Origin: Octopus vulgaris
Taxonomy: Eukaryota
Assembly (NCBI GenBank): GCA_951406725.2
Contig: OX597819.1
Coordinates: forward strand, 102,362,001-102,426,000
Direction: 5' to 3'
DNA: 64,000 nt
Part shown: positions 1 to 13,003 of the stretch, one piece after another
Position numbering within the stretch: the stretch's first letter is position 1
How the letters are laid out: each line of letters opens with the position of its first letter
Program-made: the position numbers and the translations under genes
Notes under the pieces: model-generated
Told to the model about the DNA's origin: nothing
The model's database searches: none
What the model saw: only the letters and a program-made list of their open reading frames with translations

Positions 1-18
1 ATTAAAAAAAGCAAACGC

Positions 19-19
<1 letters not shown>

Positions 20-49
<30 letters not shown>

Positions 50-368
50 GGTATGCATGTATGTATATATGCATGTATGTATGTATGTATGTATGCATGT
101 ATGTATGTATGTATGTATGTATGCATGTATATATGTATGTATGCATGTATGCATGTATGTATGTATGTATATATGTATGTATGTATGTATGCATGTATGT
201 ATTATGTATGTATGTATGCATGTATGTATGTATGTGTATGAATGTATGCATGTATGTATGCATGTATGTATGTCTGTATGCATGCATGTATGTATGTATG
301 CATGTATGTACGTATGTATGCATGTATGTATGCATGTATGTATGTATGTATGCATGCATGCATGTATG

Positions 369-399
<31 letters not shown>

Positions 400-480
400 G
401 CATACATATATGTACATATGTACGTATGTATGTATTTGTGTATCTGCACATATGCGCATATATATATGTGTGTGTGTGTA
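20..480. repeat. (ATGT)n/(ATGC) tetranucleotide microsatellite array
   Basis: Direct tandem ATGT repeats with ATGC variants; source of the MYVC/HTYI pseudo-ORFs. Confidence 0.97.
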
Positions 481-511
481 CAGTGATATATACATATGTA
501 TATATGTTATA

Positions 512-610
512 TTTTTTACCCTCTTCAGTCAGTTGACTGCGGCCATGCTGGAGCACCGCCTTTAGTCGAATAAATCGACCCCAGGACTTATTCTTTGTAA
601 ACCTAGTACA
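512..610 (-). mobile_element. SINE family A, 3' fragment
   Basis: GACTGCGGCCATGCTGGAGCACCGCCTTTAGTCGA matches the reverse complement of the 3' part of the full copy at 17516-17914. Confidence 0.9.
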
Positions 611-1100
611 CACACAGACACACACACACACACACACGTACAGATATATACGTACATACAGACATACACGAACACGGACTCATACATCTATACTCAATGA
701 AGTACTACAATACTAGTTCTCTGTAGCTCACTCTCTCTCTCTCTTTCTACATTGTATTTCTACCTTCACCTCTCTATCTCTCTATCTCTCTCTCTCCTTT
801 CTCTCTCTCTCTCCTCTCTCTCTCTCTCCTTTCTCTCTCTCTCTCCTTTCTCTCTCTCTCTCCCTCTCGCTCTCTCTTGGTCTCTTATCGATTTCTATTC
901 GTCATTCACTGTCCATGTATCTGTCAATCTACTTCACATTCCATCCTTCTCTTCATTTTTGTAAACACACAATATCTCACTGAAAGACAATCCCCACCCC
1001 CACCTCCACATACAGAGAGAGAGAGAGTGAGAGAGAGAGAGGCATAAACACATACATTCACAGACACTCACATACGAACGCTCACATAAGTATACGCATA

Positions 1101-1144
<44 letters not shown>

Positions 1145-1165
1145 CCTGTAAGCACGCACTCATGG

Positions 1166-1211
<46 letters not shown>

Positions 1212-1280
1212 TGCGTGCTTAAATTATATGCATATATATATACATATATATATACGTACCTACCTATGCGTACATGTAGC

Positions 1281-1329
<49 letters not shown>

Positions 1330-1332
<3 letters not shown>

Positions 1333-1576
1333 TAATAAATAAAACATATGCATATATACATACATATATGTACGTACCTAACTCTACATGTATATATACA
1401 TGCATATATGGGTACAGGACTCCAAAAAACGTCGAACACAATGAGAAACGAAAACATAAACACAAAACCAAGGAAATGGACATTTCTTTTAAACAACGAA
1501 AAAAAAAAAGAGTACAGGACACACAAAACAAGGAAAATTCCCCTTCTTCAGTCGCCTTAGTTTCATCTACTCCACC
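1330..1576. repeat. Dispersed ~250-bp repeat (family E), flanked by (TA)n
   Basis: Reverse complement of 60636-60885 and similar to 39375-39580 (ATGGGTACAGGAC.CCAA.AAACG...). Confidence 0.8.
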
Positions 1577-1800
1577 TTACCCACAAGGGGCTAAACACAG
1601 AGGGGACAAACAAGGACAGACAAACAGATTAAGTTTGATTTTACATCGACTCCAGTGCGTAACTGGTACTTCATTTATCGACCCCGAAAAGATGAAAGGC
1701 AAAGGTGACCTCGGCGGAATTTGAACTAAGAACGTAACAGCAGACGAAATACGGCTACGCATTTCGCCCGGCGTGCTAACGTTTCTGCCAGCTCGCCGCC
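1577..1800 (-). mobile_element. SINE family B (MetaSINE-like) with Tx1-like tail
   Basis: Minus strand: GGCGAGCTGGCAGAAACGTTAGC...GTTCAAATTCC head, GCCTTTCATC.TTTCGGGGTCGATAAAT core resembling the Meta/MESC domain, and tail TTGTCCCCTCTGTGTTTAGCCCCTTGTGGG. Near-identical copies at 34973-35187 and 37628-37825. Confidence 0.88.
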
Positions 1801-1830
1801 CTATATATATATATGTGTGTGTGTGTGTGC

Positions 1831-1878
<48 letters not shown>

Positions 1879-2077
1879 CTATTCGGACTGGGTATATGTA
1901 TATTGAAGAATATTTTGGGTATATGTCTATGAAAACACACTGACCGTTTGGGCTTCCTGATGTCATCCACAGTTACGATATAATTTTCACAGGATCAAAG
2001 TCAGGAGATCGGCAGTATTTGTTCAATTTATAATCGATGAAGGAAACGGAAGAGGGATTTCCTACAAATCTTTATTT

Positions 2078-2122
2078 AGCACGACGATCGTTCCGACCCA
2101 TCCTGCCGGAGTCCTTAGAGGT
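2078..2122 (-). ncRNA. Degenerate hammerhead-like motif
   Basis: Minus: CTAAGGA...GGAA-CGATCG-TC-GTGC followed by AATAAA. Palindromic stem III but a mutated core and no clear stem I partner. Confidence 0.35.
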
Positions 2123-2169
2123 AGGATATTTGCATCATATATACATGCCTGCATACATACATACATACA

Positions 2170-2203
<34 letters not shown>

Positions 2204-2334
2204 CATATATGTGTGGGTCGCCAACGATTCACAAATGATTATATATATATGTGTGCGTGTGTGTATGTGTATGTAGATATATAAGATATTGTGCATCATA
2301 TACGTATATCATATGATATTGTGCGTCATATACG

Positions 2335-2388
<54 letters not shown>

Positions 2389-2458
2389 ACCACATGTGAA
2401 TCGATGGCGATTTTTTCCCCTCTGTCCTCCTTTTCTATTGGACTTGCTACGGTCTCCT

Positions 2459-2493
2459 GTTTCTGAAGAAGAACTTTCCTCGAAACGTAAAAC
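2459..2493 (+). ncRNA. Minimal type I hammerhead ribozyme motif in short repeat family F (~2390-2530)
   Basis: GTTT-CTGAAGA-A-GAACTTTCCTC-GAAA-CG-TA-AAAC: stem I GUUU/AAAC, intact CUGANGA and GAAA, ACGU palindromic stem III, GUA triplet; stem II weak in this copy. Confidence 0.7.
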
Positions 2494-2769
2494 TACCTTT
2501 CTTTCTTTCCATGAGCGTCTGTTAATACTTATAAGGTCAAGTATTTTGAAGGGAATGAGTTAGTGGGTACCGTAGTGCATAGTACTTGACTAGAACTTAA
2601 TTTTATTAACTAGAACTTAATTTTATTAATCAGAACGTAATTTTATTAACTCCGAAAGAATGAAAGGTGAAGTTAACTTTAGCCCGATTTGAACTCTGAT
2701 CGTAAATACTCCAATGAATATAGCTAGGTAATTTCTTCGACGGACTAATAATTCTGCCCGCTCGCCTGC

Positions 2770-3600
2770 TATCTCTCCGCACGCTATCAAGTTTGGCTTC
2801 CTTTAAACCAGTTTCCGGGGAAAATTAGCCACTCTGGTCGTAACCTCGTTGCAATTCCTATCCAAAGCCAAAGTCGGACATGAAGCGCCCTAATAGAACC
2901 AATCTGCCAGGAACTCACAACTCGGGTTGGCTTCAACTTTCCTTCTTTAATTTCCAAATTGCAAGCCTACCAACGGCTAATGTATGTTCATACTATCAAA
3001 TCGTATTACTGTAGCACTGGGCCCAGCATCTCGATTTTTGCGGTGTCTAGCATGGGGATCACAAAGATGCCGACATGTATACCTTTAATTTCTCCAACTT
3101 CTAAAGCAAGGACACGGTTACCAAAAATTATAGGTGCTATGTAAGCGGACACACTCGGGTGAGTGAGAGCATGAATAAAAACAGTTCTGATAGGAATACA
3201 ATTTATTTGACCACTGAGCAAACGACGTGAAATTTTGAAAATGTAGATTTTGAAAACGGGAATGGAAGTATTTACACGAAGGACATCTGTCAAATATCGA
3301 AGATCGATTATAACCGTTTGACTGATCCAAGCGGTTTAGATTTGTATTGCAACCAGTTGTGTTATTCCATCCCTCTACAACACATTGCATTAAATGGAAG
3401 AAGCTTTTGTGCATAGATATGTCCGAGGAACATGCAGGTGTAGGTTTTCCCGGTCATATTTACGGTGATCTTTTTGCTAAACACTTGGCAAAAAATTTTA
3501 ATTGCGTTCAGTGACGTAATCAGACAGGAAACAATTTGAAGGAGAATATCACCAAAATAAACAGTTATTTTTTTTCTTTTTGTTCATCTAACGTCCAACA
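2770..3600 (-). mobile_element. Highly decayed L1/Tx1-clade LINE reverse-transcriptase fragment
   Basis: Frameshifted minus-strand peptides LNRLDQSNGYNR (cf. LINLDQSKAFDR), IEMLGPVLQ*YD, VGLQFGN*RRK and DRNCNEVTTRVA parallel the Tx1-like ORF at 30775+. Confidence 0.6.
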
Positions 3601-4319
3601 GGCTATTGTTAACGTTTCAGTGATATATCTATGTCAAATGCTTACTCCTGTCGAAAGAATTTCCCTTTTTCATTTTTTTGTCACTTGTTAAAATGCCGCC
3701 GGGGTTGACTTTGTCTTTGGGGTCGATAAAATAATTTTCAGTTGAACTCTAGGATCGATATAATCGACTGATCCACTTCTCCGAAATTGCTGGCATTATG
3801 CCAAAATTTGAAACAAATATATTCTTGTAAGTCGTCCCGTGTTCTTTTTGTTTTTGCAACAAATTTTATTTATTTTGCGTCGCTTCTTTAAATCAAAACG
3901 CTTAATTGTTTCTTGCTGCTAAGTTTTCGTAAATTTTCAATTTAACCCATCCTTAGCACTTGGGTAGAACTTGTTATATATCGAGAAGCAATTCCAAGTC
4001 AGCAGTCCTGTTGATATATTTGTTTGAAACTTTGAGTCAGTAGCTGACGAGAGGGAAATTGGTATGCATATTTTTGTTTCGTCATGTACTGTCTCTTTTC
4101 CCTGTGGACTGTGCTTCATTCATACACACACATACACACACACACACACGCACAAACAAATACATACATGCACAACTACATACATACACACATATATCTA
4201 CATATACATCTCTTTCTCTCTCCCCATATATGTATGGATATTTATGCGTGTATGCACACACACACATATATATATATGTATATATATATTATGTATGCAC
4301 ATATGTATATATGTGTATG

Positions 4320-4568
4320 CATATATGCATATGTGCGTGTATATATATATATGAAACACACCCAGAGAGAGGTGGGGAAGATAGGGGGTCGAGAGATTAA
4401 ATATAAAGCGACATTACTAGCTGAGATTACCATAAAGTATTGAATTCTCTATCATTTAATGTAAACTTAATTAACATGTTAAGAAAACATTTTACCTAGA
4501 GTTTTAATGTAGATTTCACTTAAACTGGTTGGCTATGCCTTCATGAATATATTCATATATGCACACGG

Positions 4569-4599
<31 letters not shown>

Positions 4600-4781
4600 T
4601 GCGCAAGCACACGCACATTTACATACGTACCCACACACACACATACACACGCATAGATATTGTGTGTAATGTGATGCGGAAACGCAAACGTGCACATATG
4701 TATAAGCGTATGGGAAACTATTTTTGTATAATTTGTTATACGTTAGAATTATACTAAAATTGCGTTGTTGTTCTGTGTGTG

Positions 4782-4861
<80 letters not shown>

Positions 4862-5358
4862 TGGAACATAGAAATGTGTATATGTGGGGAATATACTTTT
4901 GCGTTCTAGAAAAATAAAAACGCGCGCTCATACCAGCGTACCCATACATTTATTGATATGGAAATATATGTACATGGAGTTACACATTCTTATGCATATA
5001 TTTATGTATACATAATATATATATAAACAATGCATATATTTATATTCATACACATATGTAAAATTTATATGCATATATTACAAACATTTTATGTATTGTA
5101 TTTAGATTATATTTCAAATATTATGTATGTGTATATAAACAAATATAAATAGGTGTATATTGAGTATGTGCTTGTATATACATTACATAGATATATGCAT
5201 GCATCCGTGTATGCAGATATACATGTATACTTTTATCTCTCTCTATATATATATATGTGTGTTTGTGAATGTGCGTGTGTATGCGCTTGTGTGCGTGCGT
5301 CTGTGTGTGTATATGTATGTATATACATATATAAACATACATATATATATATATATAT

Positions 5359-5390
<32 letters not shown>

Positions 5391-6000
5391 GTAGATATAT
5401 AGATAGATAGATAGATAGATAGTTGAAGCTATTTTAGTATTCATCCATTTCATCTATTAACACGTACATGAATACAATGCTAATAAAATCATTCTAAAAC
5501 TATATATATATATATGTATATATATATGTATATATATGTATGCATATATGCATATATGCGTGTATATATATATATGAAACACACCCAGAGAGAGGTAGGG
5601 AAGATAGGGGGTCGAGAGATTAAATATAAAGCGACATTACTAGCTGAGATTACCATAAAGTATTGAATTCTCTATCATTTAATGTAAACTTAATTAACAT
5701 GTTAAGAAAACATTTTACCTAGAGTTTTAATGTAGATTTCACTTAAACTGGTTGGCTATGCCTTCATGAATATATTCATATATGCACATGGACACACACA
5801 CACACACACTCACACATACATGCACAAACACACGCACATTTACATACGTACCCACACACACATACACACGCATAGATATTGTGTGTAATGTGATGCGGAA
5901 ACGCAAACGTGCACATATGTATAAGCGTATGGGAAACTATTTTTGTATAATTTGTTATACGTTAGAATTATACTAAAATTGCGTTGTTGTTCTGTGTGTG

Positions 6001-6060
<60 letters not shown>

Positions 6061-6547
6061 ATAAATGTGTGTATTGGAACATAGAAATGTGTATATGTGG
6101 GGAATATACTTTTGCGTTCTAGAAAAATAAAAACGCGCGCTCATACCAGCGTACCCATACATTTATTGATATGGAAATATATGTACATGGAGTTACACAT
6201 TCTTAGGCACATATTTATGTATACATAATATATATAAACAATGCATATATTTATATTCATACACATATGTAAAATTTATATGCATATATTACAAACATTT
6301 TATGTATTGTATTTAGATTATATTTCAAATATTATGTATGTGTATATAAACAAATATAAATAGGTGTATATTGAGTATGTGCTTGTATATACATTACATA
6401 GATATATGCATGCATCCGTGTATGCAGATATACATGTATACTTTTATCTCTCTCTCTATATATATATATGTGTGTTTGTGAATGTGCGTGTGTATGCGCT
6501 TGTGTGCGTGCGTCTGTGTGTGTATATGTATGTATATACATATATAA

Positions 6548-6596
<49 letters not shown>

Positions 6597-6604
6597 TAGA
6601 TAGG

Positions 6605-6639
<35 letters not shown>

Positions 6640-6720
6640 TTGAAGCTATTTTAGTATTCATCCATTTCATCTATTAACACGTACATGAATACAATGCTAA
6701 TTAAAATCATTCTAAAACTA
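4320..6720. repeat. Tandem duplication of a ~1.22-kb unit (about 4320-5502 and 5543-6720)
   Basis: ATGAAACACACCCAGAGAGAGG at 4351 and 5574; ATTCTAAAACTA at 5491 and 6709; copies differ mainly in microsatellite lengths. Confidence 0.95.
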
Positions 6721-6857
6721 TATATATATATAAATATATATATATATATGTGTGTATATATATATATATATACATACATATATATATATGTGTATATATA
6801 TATATGTATATATATACATATATATATGTCTATATATATATATATATATATATATAA

Positions 6858-6924
<67 letters not shown>

Positions 6925-6969
6925 CATATATACATACACATATATATATATATTTGTAAGTGAGTGTGA

Positions 6970-7003
<34 letters not shown>

Positions 7004-7344
7004 ACGTATATATACGTATATGTTTTCACCCTCTTGTTAACAATGACTATGATTGTATCACACCAATTTTCACAGATCCTGGAATTCTCACCTGGAAATT
7101 TCATCAGATTTCTTCTTTAATTGATCACTTTTAAAGAACACTAATTATTTTAATTATGCATCAATAATTACCAGTAACATCTCTCCTTACATTGTTAAAT
7201 TGTATCGCTTTCCCATATAACCATTGACATTTAGAGTTAATTCTAATTACACCTCGAATATGATATGTAGCATATGTGTATGTGCATGTATGTACATAAA
7301 TGTGTGATTGAGCATATATATATATATATGCATGTACATATACG

Positions 7345-7395
<51 letters not shown>

Positions 7396-7613
7396 GTGTA
7401 TATGTATATAGATACATATATGTATATATATGCGTATATATATATGTATATATATGTATATACATACATATATGTAAATATACATATATAAATATATATA
7501 TATGCATATGTGAATATACATACACACACATATATATATATATATACATATAAATATATATGTGTGTATATATAAACATATATATATGTATATGTGTATA
7601 TGTATATATATGC

Positions 7614-7672
<59 letters not shown>

Positions 7673-7680
7673 TACATATG

Positions 7681-7757
<77 letters not shown>

Positions 7758-7760
7758 TTA
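6720..7760. repeat. Long degenerate (TA)n/(TG)n microsatellite field
   Basis: Direct inspection. Confidence 0.95.
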
Positions 7761-7872
7761 TGTGTAGCTGCGTGTGCAACTGCTTGTTTTTATCTATGTA
7801 AATGTACATATAAGTATATTTTACGTATACGTATATTTAACGTTCCGCTTCGTACATAAATATGTATATATA

Positions 7873-9000
7873 CAGGGGTTGGACAAAATAATGGAAACAC
7901 CTTAAAATTTCAAACAAATTTATTCCAATATGGGGTAGGAGCGCCTTTGGCAGTAATTACAGCTTGAATTCTACGAAGTATGGACTCATACAAAGTTTGA
8001 ATTGTCTCCAAAGGAATTTTTCTCCATTCTTCAGTTAAATCAGTCTCCAGTTCTTGTAATGATGATGGTGGAAGATATTGAATCCTTACTTGTTTTACTA
8101 AAATGCACCGTATATGTTCAAGAATATTGAGATCTGGGGACTGTAGTGGCCAGAAAAGATGTTCAACTTCCCTAGACTGTTCCTCGTTACAACTTTGGCC
8201 GTGTGAATTGGTGCATTATCAATTATCCTGAAAGATTGCGTTTCCCAAAGGAAACAGGATGAATTTGATCAGATAAAATGCTTAAATAGTCCTGACTATT
8301 ATTTCTGTCATGAAGGAAAACCATTGAGTCAGCGGATTTCGAAGTTATAGCCCCCTCAGATCATTACAGTTCCTCCTCTATGTTTAAAAGTTGGAAGAAG
8401 GCAGACTGGGTCAAATGCTTCCTTTGGCTGTCTCCGCACGTATACTCGACCGGTGGTCGGAAATGAGGTAAAGGATGACGCGTCCGAGAAAATGACATTC
8501 TTCCACTGCACTAGGGACCAAATCTATAGGTTTTTACTCCACTCTAAATGCTTTGCAACGTTTGTTTTTGAAATTAGTGGTTTTCTGATTGCAGCCCTCC
8601 CGTGAAATGCAGCTTTGTGTAGCTCCCGACGAACAGTTTTTGTGGGAACTGGGTACTCGAGGTGGTCATTAATCGCTCTGCCGTAATTTTGGAAGCTGTA
8701 CTTTTGTGACCCTTTCTGACAATTCGCGTAAGTGTCCAACGGTCCCTATCTGAAAGTTTTGGTTTTCTTCCGGAGTTTTGTTTCGATGAGGAGGTTCTTC
8801 CCTCTTCTCAAAGTCTGTCATTACTTTCGAGACAGTACTTCTTGATACACCAAATATTTCAACTGTTTTCGTTACGCCAGCGCCTGCCATACGAGCACCA
8901 ACAATTTGACCTCTTTGAAAGTCCAGGAGATCTGTCATTTCAATGAATTTTAATTACCTTTTTCTGATGATATCTGAAAAGAAACAGCAGTTTTAGCAAA
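7873..9000 (-). mobile_element. Tc1 (DD34E-type) DNA transposon, defective, one TIR visible
   Basis: TA + CAGGGGTTGGACAAAATAATGGAAACACC TIR at 7873. Minus-strand transposase from ATG 8938: MTDLLDFQRGQIVGARMAG (HTH), WKNVIFSDASSF, FQDN/DNAPIHTAK, WPLQSPDLNILE; several frameshifts; second TIR not found. Confidence 0.93.
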
Positions 9001-9032
9001 CATATTAAGCAACTCTCTCTCTTTTTCTTTTT

Positions 9033-9434
9033 TCTCTTTTACTTGTTTCAGTCATTTGACTGCGGCCAGGCTGGAGCACCGCCTTTAATCGAGCAACTCG
9101 ACCCCGGGACTTATTCTTTGTAAGCCCAGTACTTATTCTATCGGTCTTTTTTTGCTGAACCGCTAAGTGACGGGGACATAAACTCACCAGCATCGGTTGT
9201 CAAGCAATGCTAGGGGGACAAATACAGACACATAAACATACACACGCATACATATATATATACATATATCCGACAGGCTTCTTTCAGTTTCCTTCTACCA
9301 AATCCACCCACAAGGCATTGGTCGGCCCCAGGCTATAGCAGAAGACACTTGCCCAAGATACCACGCAGTAGGACTGAACCCGGAACCATGTGGTTGGTAA
9401 GCAAGCTACTTACCACACAGCCACTCCTGTGCCT
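9033..9434 (-). mobile_element. SINE family A, full length
   Basis: Reverse complement of 17516-17914 over the whole length, including the internal (TA)/(TG) tract. Confidence 0.93.
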
Positions 9435-9469
9435 AATAATAAATAAAAAAAAACATAAAAATAAACAAG

Positions 9470-9860
9470 CTCTTTTACTCCTTTACTCGTTTCAATCATG
9501 CGGCAGTGGTCATGCTGGAGCACCACTATGGTCTTTCTGATTTCCACAGACTGATGTGTTTCATAGCACCAGTCCTGTACGTGCCCTTCTCCCAGCTGAT
9601 GGTCCATTTTGTGTATAAGGTCGTCTTATTCCGCTGACCTCGTTTGCACCTCATGTGGGGCTGTTGGTTCATCTGGTTTTGTGGAGAGGAGGGTGTGTAT
9701 TTCATTTTCGAAAACATCTACTTCCACTTCATGCAGATGTCTTAATTTTTGTGGCAGGGCATTGAAGAGCTGTGGGCCTTTGAGCCCTAGATTATAGCAG
9801 TACCTGGTCCTGAATTTAAATGGAGTGCATGGTACCTTTTGTACAGTGCAATATAAGCAG
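9470..9860 (-). mobile_element. CR1-Zenon-like LINE, 3' end (ORF2 C-terminus plus 3' tail)
   Basis: Minus translation RTRYCYNLGLKGPQLFNALPQKLRHLHEVEVDVF...KPDEPT...LIHKM, followed by GGTGCTCCAGCATGACCAC...GAAACGAGTAAAGGAG, the same tail as SINE A. Clade assignment is from remembered motif similarity. Confidence 0.72.
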
Positions 9861-9975
9861 TGTTATACAGGATACACACACACACAAAACACACACACAC
9901 TAACACATAAACACACACACAGAAAAATACATTTGCACAGACACGCGGACACACACTAACACAAACACACACAAC

Positions 9976-10054
<79 letters not shown>

Positions 10055-10734
10055 ACGGACTACGGTCGTTTCATAGCAAAACAATGTTTGGTTCATAAGT
10101 TGTAATGCACAGGAGTAGCTTAGCTAATCTTCAGGTGGCTTATTTTGTTGCGTGGAGATGAACGAATCGTTCTCTTTCTGTCTCTCTCTTCTCTCTCTTT
10201 CTGTCTCTCTCTTCTCTCTCTTTCTTCTTCTCTCTGCCACCCTCTCTCTACCTCTCCTTCTCTCTCAATATATATAAACTTTAATAAGGATAAGATCGTT
10301 ATTTAAAATACCGGTCATATCAAGTGGCCAGCATGGGAACAAAACCTTATAGGTAATAACTATTATTTAAATTATAATTAAGAGTATCTAAAAGATACCA
10401 CCATGCTATATTTATACTGAACATGAATTAAACTTTTTGCTCTTTGTTCACGCTATAGACTCTCTCTCTCCCTCAACTTTTCGACTTACGTCCCAGTGTA
10501 GTACCGAGGATGTGGAGACTGAAGGGACGGCTAAATTAGCAGCCATTTGGTCCTTATTTATAGTTGAAAAGACAGGCCCACGTGAAACGATGCGCCTTAA
10601 TCAAGATCACGACAATAGACTAGACTAAGAATTGAACGCAGGACCCTTCACACCTATTCACAACATGATAACTACAAGTCTACAGATCTTTTTCAGGATA
10701 CAACTGGCACTTGAAGTGCATTGTTAGAGAACGG

Positions 10735-11210
10735 CAAAATTGACCCCGGCGGAATTCGTACTAAGATCGTAGTGAATCGTAAATCTTCTACGTTTTTGTC
10801 CGACGCTCTAATTATTTTGCCAGCTACCTGCTTCATTTTTCAGATCCTTATCCAAGGTCAGCATTTATAATTGACTGATACTTTATTTCATTGACCCTGA
10901 AAGGATGAAAAATGAAAGATGACTTCGGCGTGATTTAAATTCACATCATTAACGTCCGAAGAAATGCAACAAAGCATTTTCACCAACGTGTCAGAGATAC
11001 AACTAGCTCATCGCCTTCTAATAAAGGTTTCACATTTTGGCACAAGGCCTGCATTTTGGAGGAGGCGGGTAGTTGTTCACATCCACCCCTGAGCTCAATT
11101 GCTATAATACTTATTTTATCGACGTCGAATGGATGAAAGGTCAAGTCGACCACGGCGGAATTTGAACACAAAAAGTAAAAACTCGGATGTAATGCTGCTA
11201 AGCATTTGAT
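10735..11210 (-). mobile_element. Cluster of three old family B SINE fragments
   Basis: Repeated GGATGAAAGG...GAC..CGGCGGAATTTGAAC-like segments at about 10735, 10880 and 11110. Confidence 0.65.
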
Positions 11211-11832
11211 AAAACAAAAGGTAAAATTAACTTCTGTTAACTCAGAACTTAAAGAGCTTGAGTAAATACCGCGCTAATGATACTGCTCATCAATTGCATA
11301 AAATGATAATTCAATAAATGATAAGTTAATGTTCTAATTCTCATCTCTATGAAACTCATTAACCTCTACGAAATTTATATTAAGTCCTGCATCTAACCGA
11401 ACTTAGTAAAACCATGTTATAAAATAAACTATTACGTTCTTTTATGTAAGAAATTAGCTTAAATTCCGTCTAAAATATATCACAGACATATACTGTGATA
11501 TCTAACTTTATATGTAAATAATTTATCAGATCATTTGAATGAGCTAATATCTTTGGTACACGATATCAGATAAACTCTATTCAGTATTGTTTAATTAATT
11601 CATACTTCGCTATCTCTTATAACAATTCTTAGTAATTACAGCATAGAGACAGCGGATCTATATTGCACCAGGTGAGATTGGTGTAACTTAACCACAAAAC
11701 AACTCATTTAATGAATCACAGACAGCGTATCAGAGCCGAGTCGACGCGCGAAAATAGCAAACCCATAGCTAAACTCGCCTCTTGTCGATATATACATTAG
11801 TGTTCAAACTGAAGTAGGTAGTTTCTACACAG

Positions 11833-12833
11833 ATAATAGCCAATATATACATAGAATACTTTGAAAATTTGGCTTTAGGGTCAACACCACTAAAATCAAC
11901 CCTATGGCTGCGATATTTTGATGACACCTTTATACGCTGGCCCCAGCAGGAAAATGTTCAAGTGCTGTTAGATCATGTGAACTCAATAAAGCCATCCATA
12001 CAGTTCACAATGAAAAAGGAAAAAGACAATCAGCTAGCATTCCTGGACGTATGAATAACACGCACAAGTATGGATTCAGAACATCCGTATACTGCAAGCC
12101 AGCCTTCACTGGACGATACCTCAACTTCAATTCCCACTACCCACACAGTGTAAAGACAGTGACTGCTCAGTGCCTAAAACATCGTGCAAAAAATATAATT
12201 AGCGATCGTGATACACACCACGAAGAAATTATCAAGCTCAATAACGATCTGTTAAGCAACAACTACCCCAAAAACATACTATCCACTCCAATTATGAAGA
12301 AAAGAGAGGATGAAATCAATAAACTGTCCACAGTCTGTCTTTCCTATGTGAAAGGCCTCTACGAAAAGATACAAAAGACATGCTGCCCATATGATATCAG
12401 GAAAGTATTCAAGTGTAATACAACACTTTGCAAATATCTCCTTCGTGTAAAACCACCAATAGAAGAGAATATGACCAAAGACTGCGTGTACTCCATCCCA
12501 TGCAGCTGTGATAGGTTATACAAAGGCGAAACATGCCGCCCCTTCAAAATAAGGGTAGACGAACATCGCAAAGCTGTGACACGAGAAGATATTGATAAAT
12601 CGGGTATAGCTGATCATGTATGGAAAAATGGAGACCACCTCCCCCTGTGGGATGAATTTAAAAAAAAAAAAAAAAAAAAAATAGTAGACAGAGAACACCA
12701 CTGGAAAATACGAAAACTAAAAGAATCAGCTCATATGCTAGCACACAACAACCTCCTAGGCAGAAAGGGTGCAGATATAAATAGCATATGGGAACCGGTA
12801 TTAAGGAAGGATAGGAAAATATTAGATTTATAA
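11833..12833 (+). mobile_element. Penelope-like retroelement: 3' half of RT plus GIY-YIG endonuclease, pseudogenised
   Basis: IANIYIEYFE, WLRYFDDTF, LAFLDV, SVYCKPAFTGRYLNFNSHYP, then CVYSIPCSCDRLYKGETCRPFKIRVDEH (GIY-YIG); frameshift near 12051 and poly-A expansion near 12660. Confidence 0.93.
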
Positions 12834-12855
12834 GCCCTAAAATTCACTCCATAAT

Positions 12856-12929
12856 TGCCCACATATGGCATAGTGGTTAAGAGCGCGGACTACTAACCCC
12901 AAGATTCCGAGTTCGATTCCAAGCAGTGA

Positions 12930-12932
<3 letters not shown>
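12856..12932 (+). promoter_or_regulatory. tRNA-like head with Pol III A and B boxes, directly after the PLE ORF
   Basis: A box TGGCATAGTGG 12866-12876, B box GTTCGATTCC 12911-12920, anticodon-like loop CTACTAA; acceptor stem does not pair, so SINE-like rather than a tRNA gene. Confidence 0.8.

Positions 12933-13002
<70 letters not shown>

Positions 13003-13003
<1 letters not shown>

Noticed and set aside
2-637. Long ORFs rich in YI, HT, CV, LS, YLSI (here and throughout)
   Set aside because: Translations of di- and tetranucleotide microsatellites that lack stop codons; open on both strands with no domain content.
7060-7115. CTGATGA...GAAA on the minus strand (similar words at 8964)
   Set aside because: No stem II closing onto GAAA and no stem I/III pairing; chance match.
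12856-12932. tRNA gene (also heads at 15065 and 17516)
   Set aside because: No paired acceptor stem or oligo-T terminator; embedded in repeats, so SINE-type heads.
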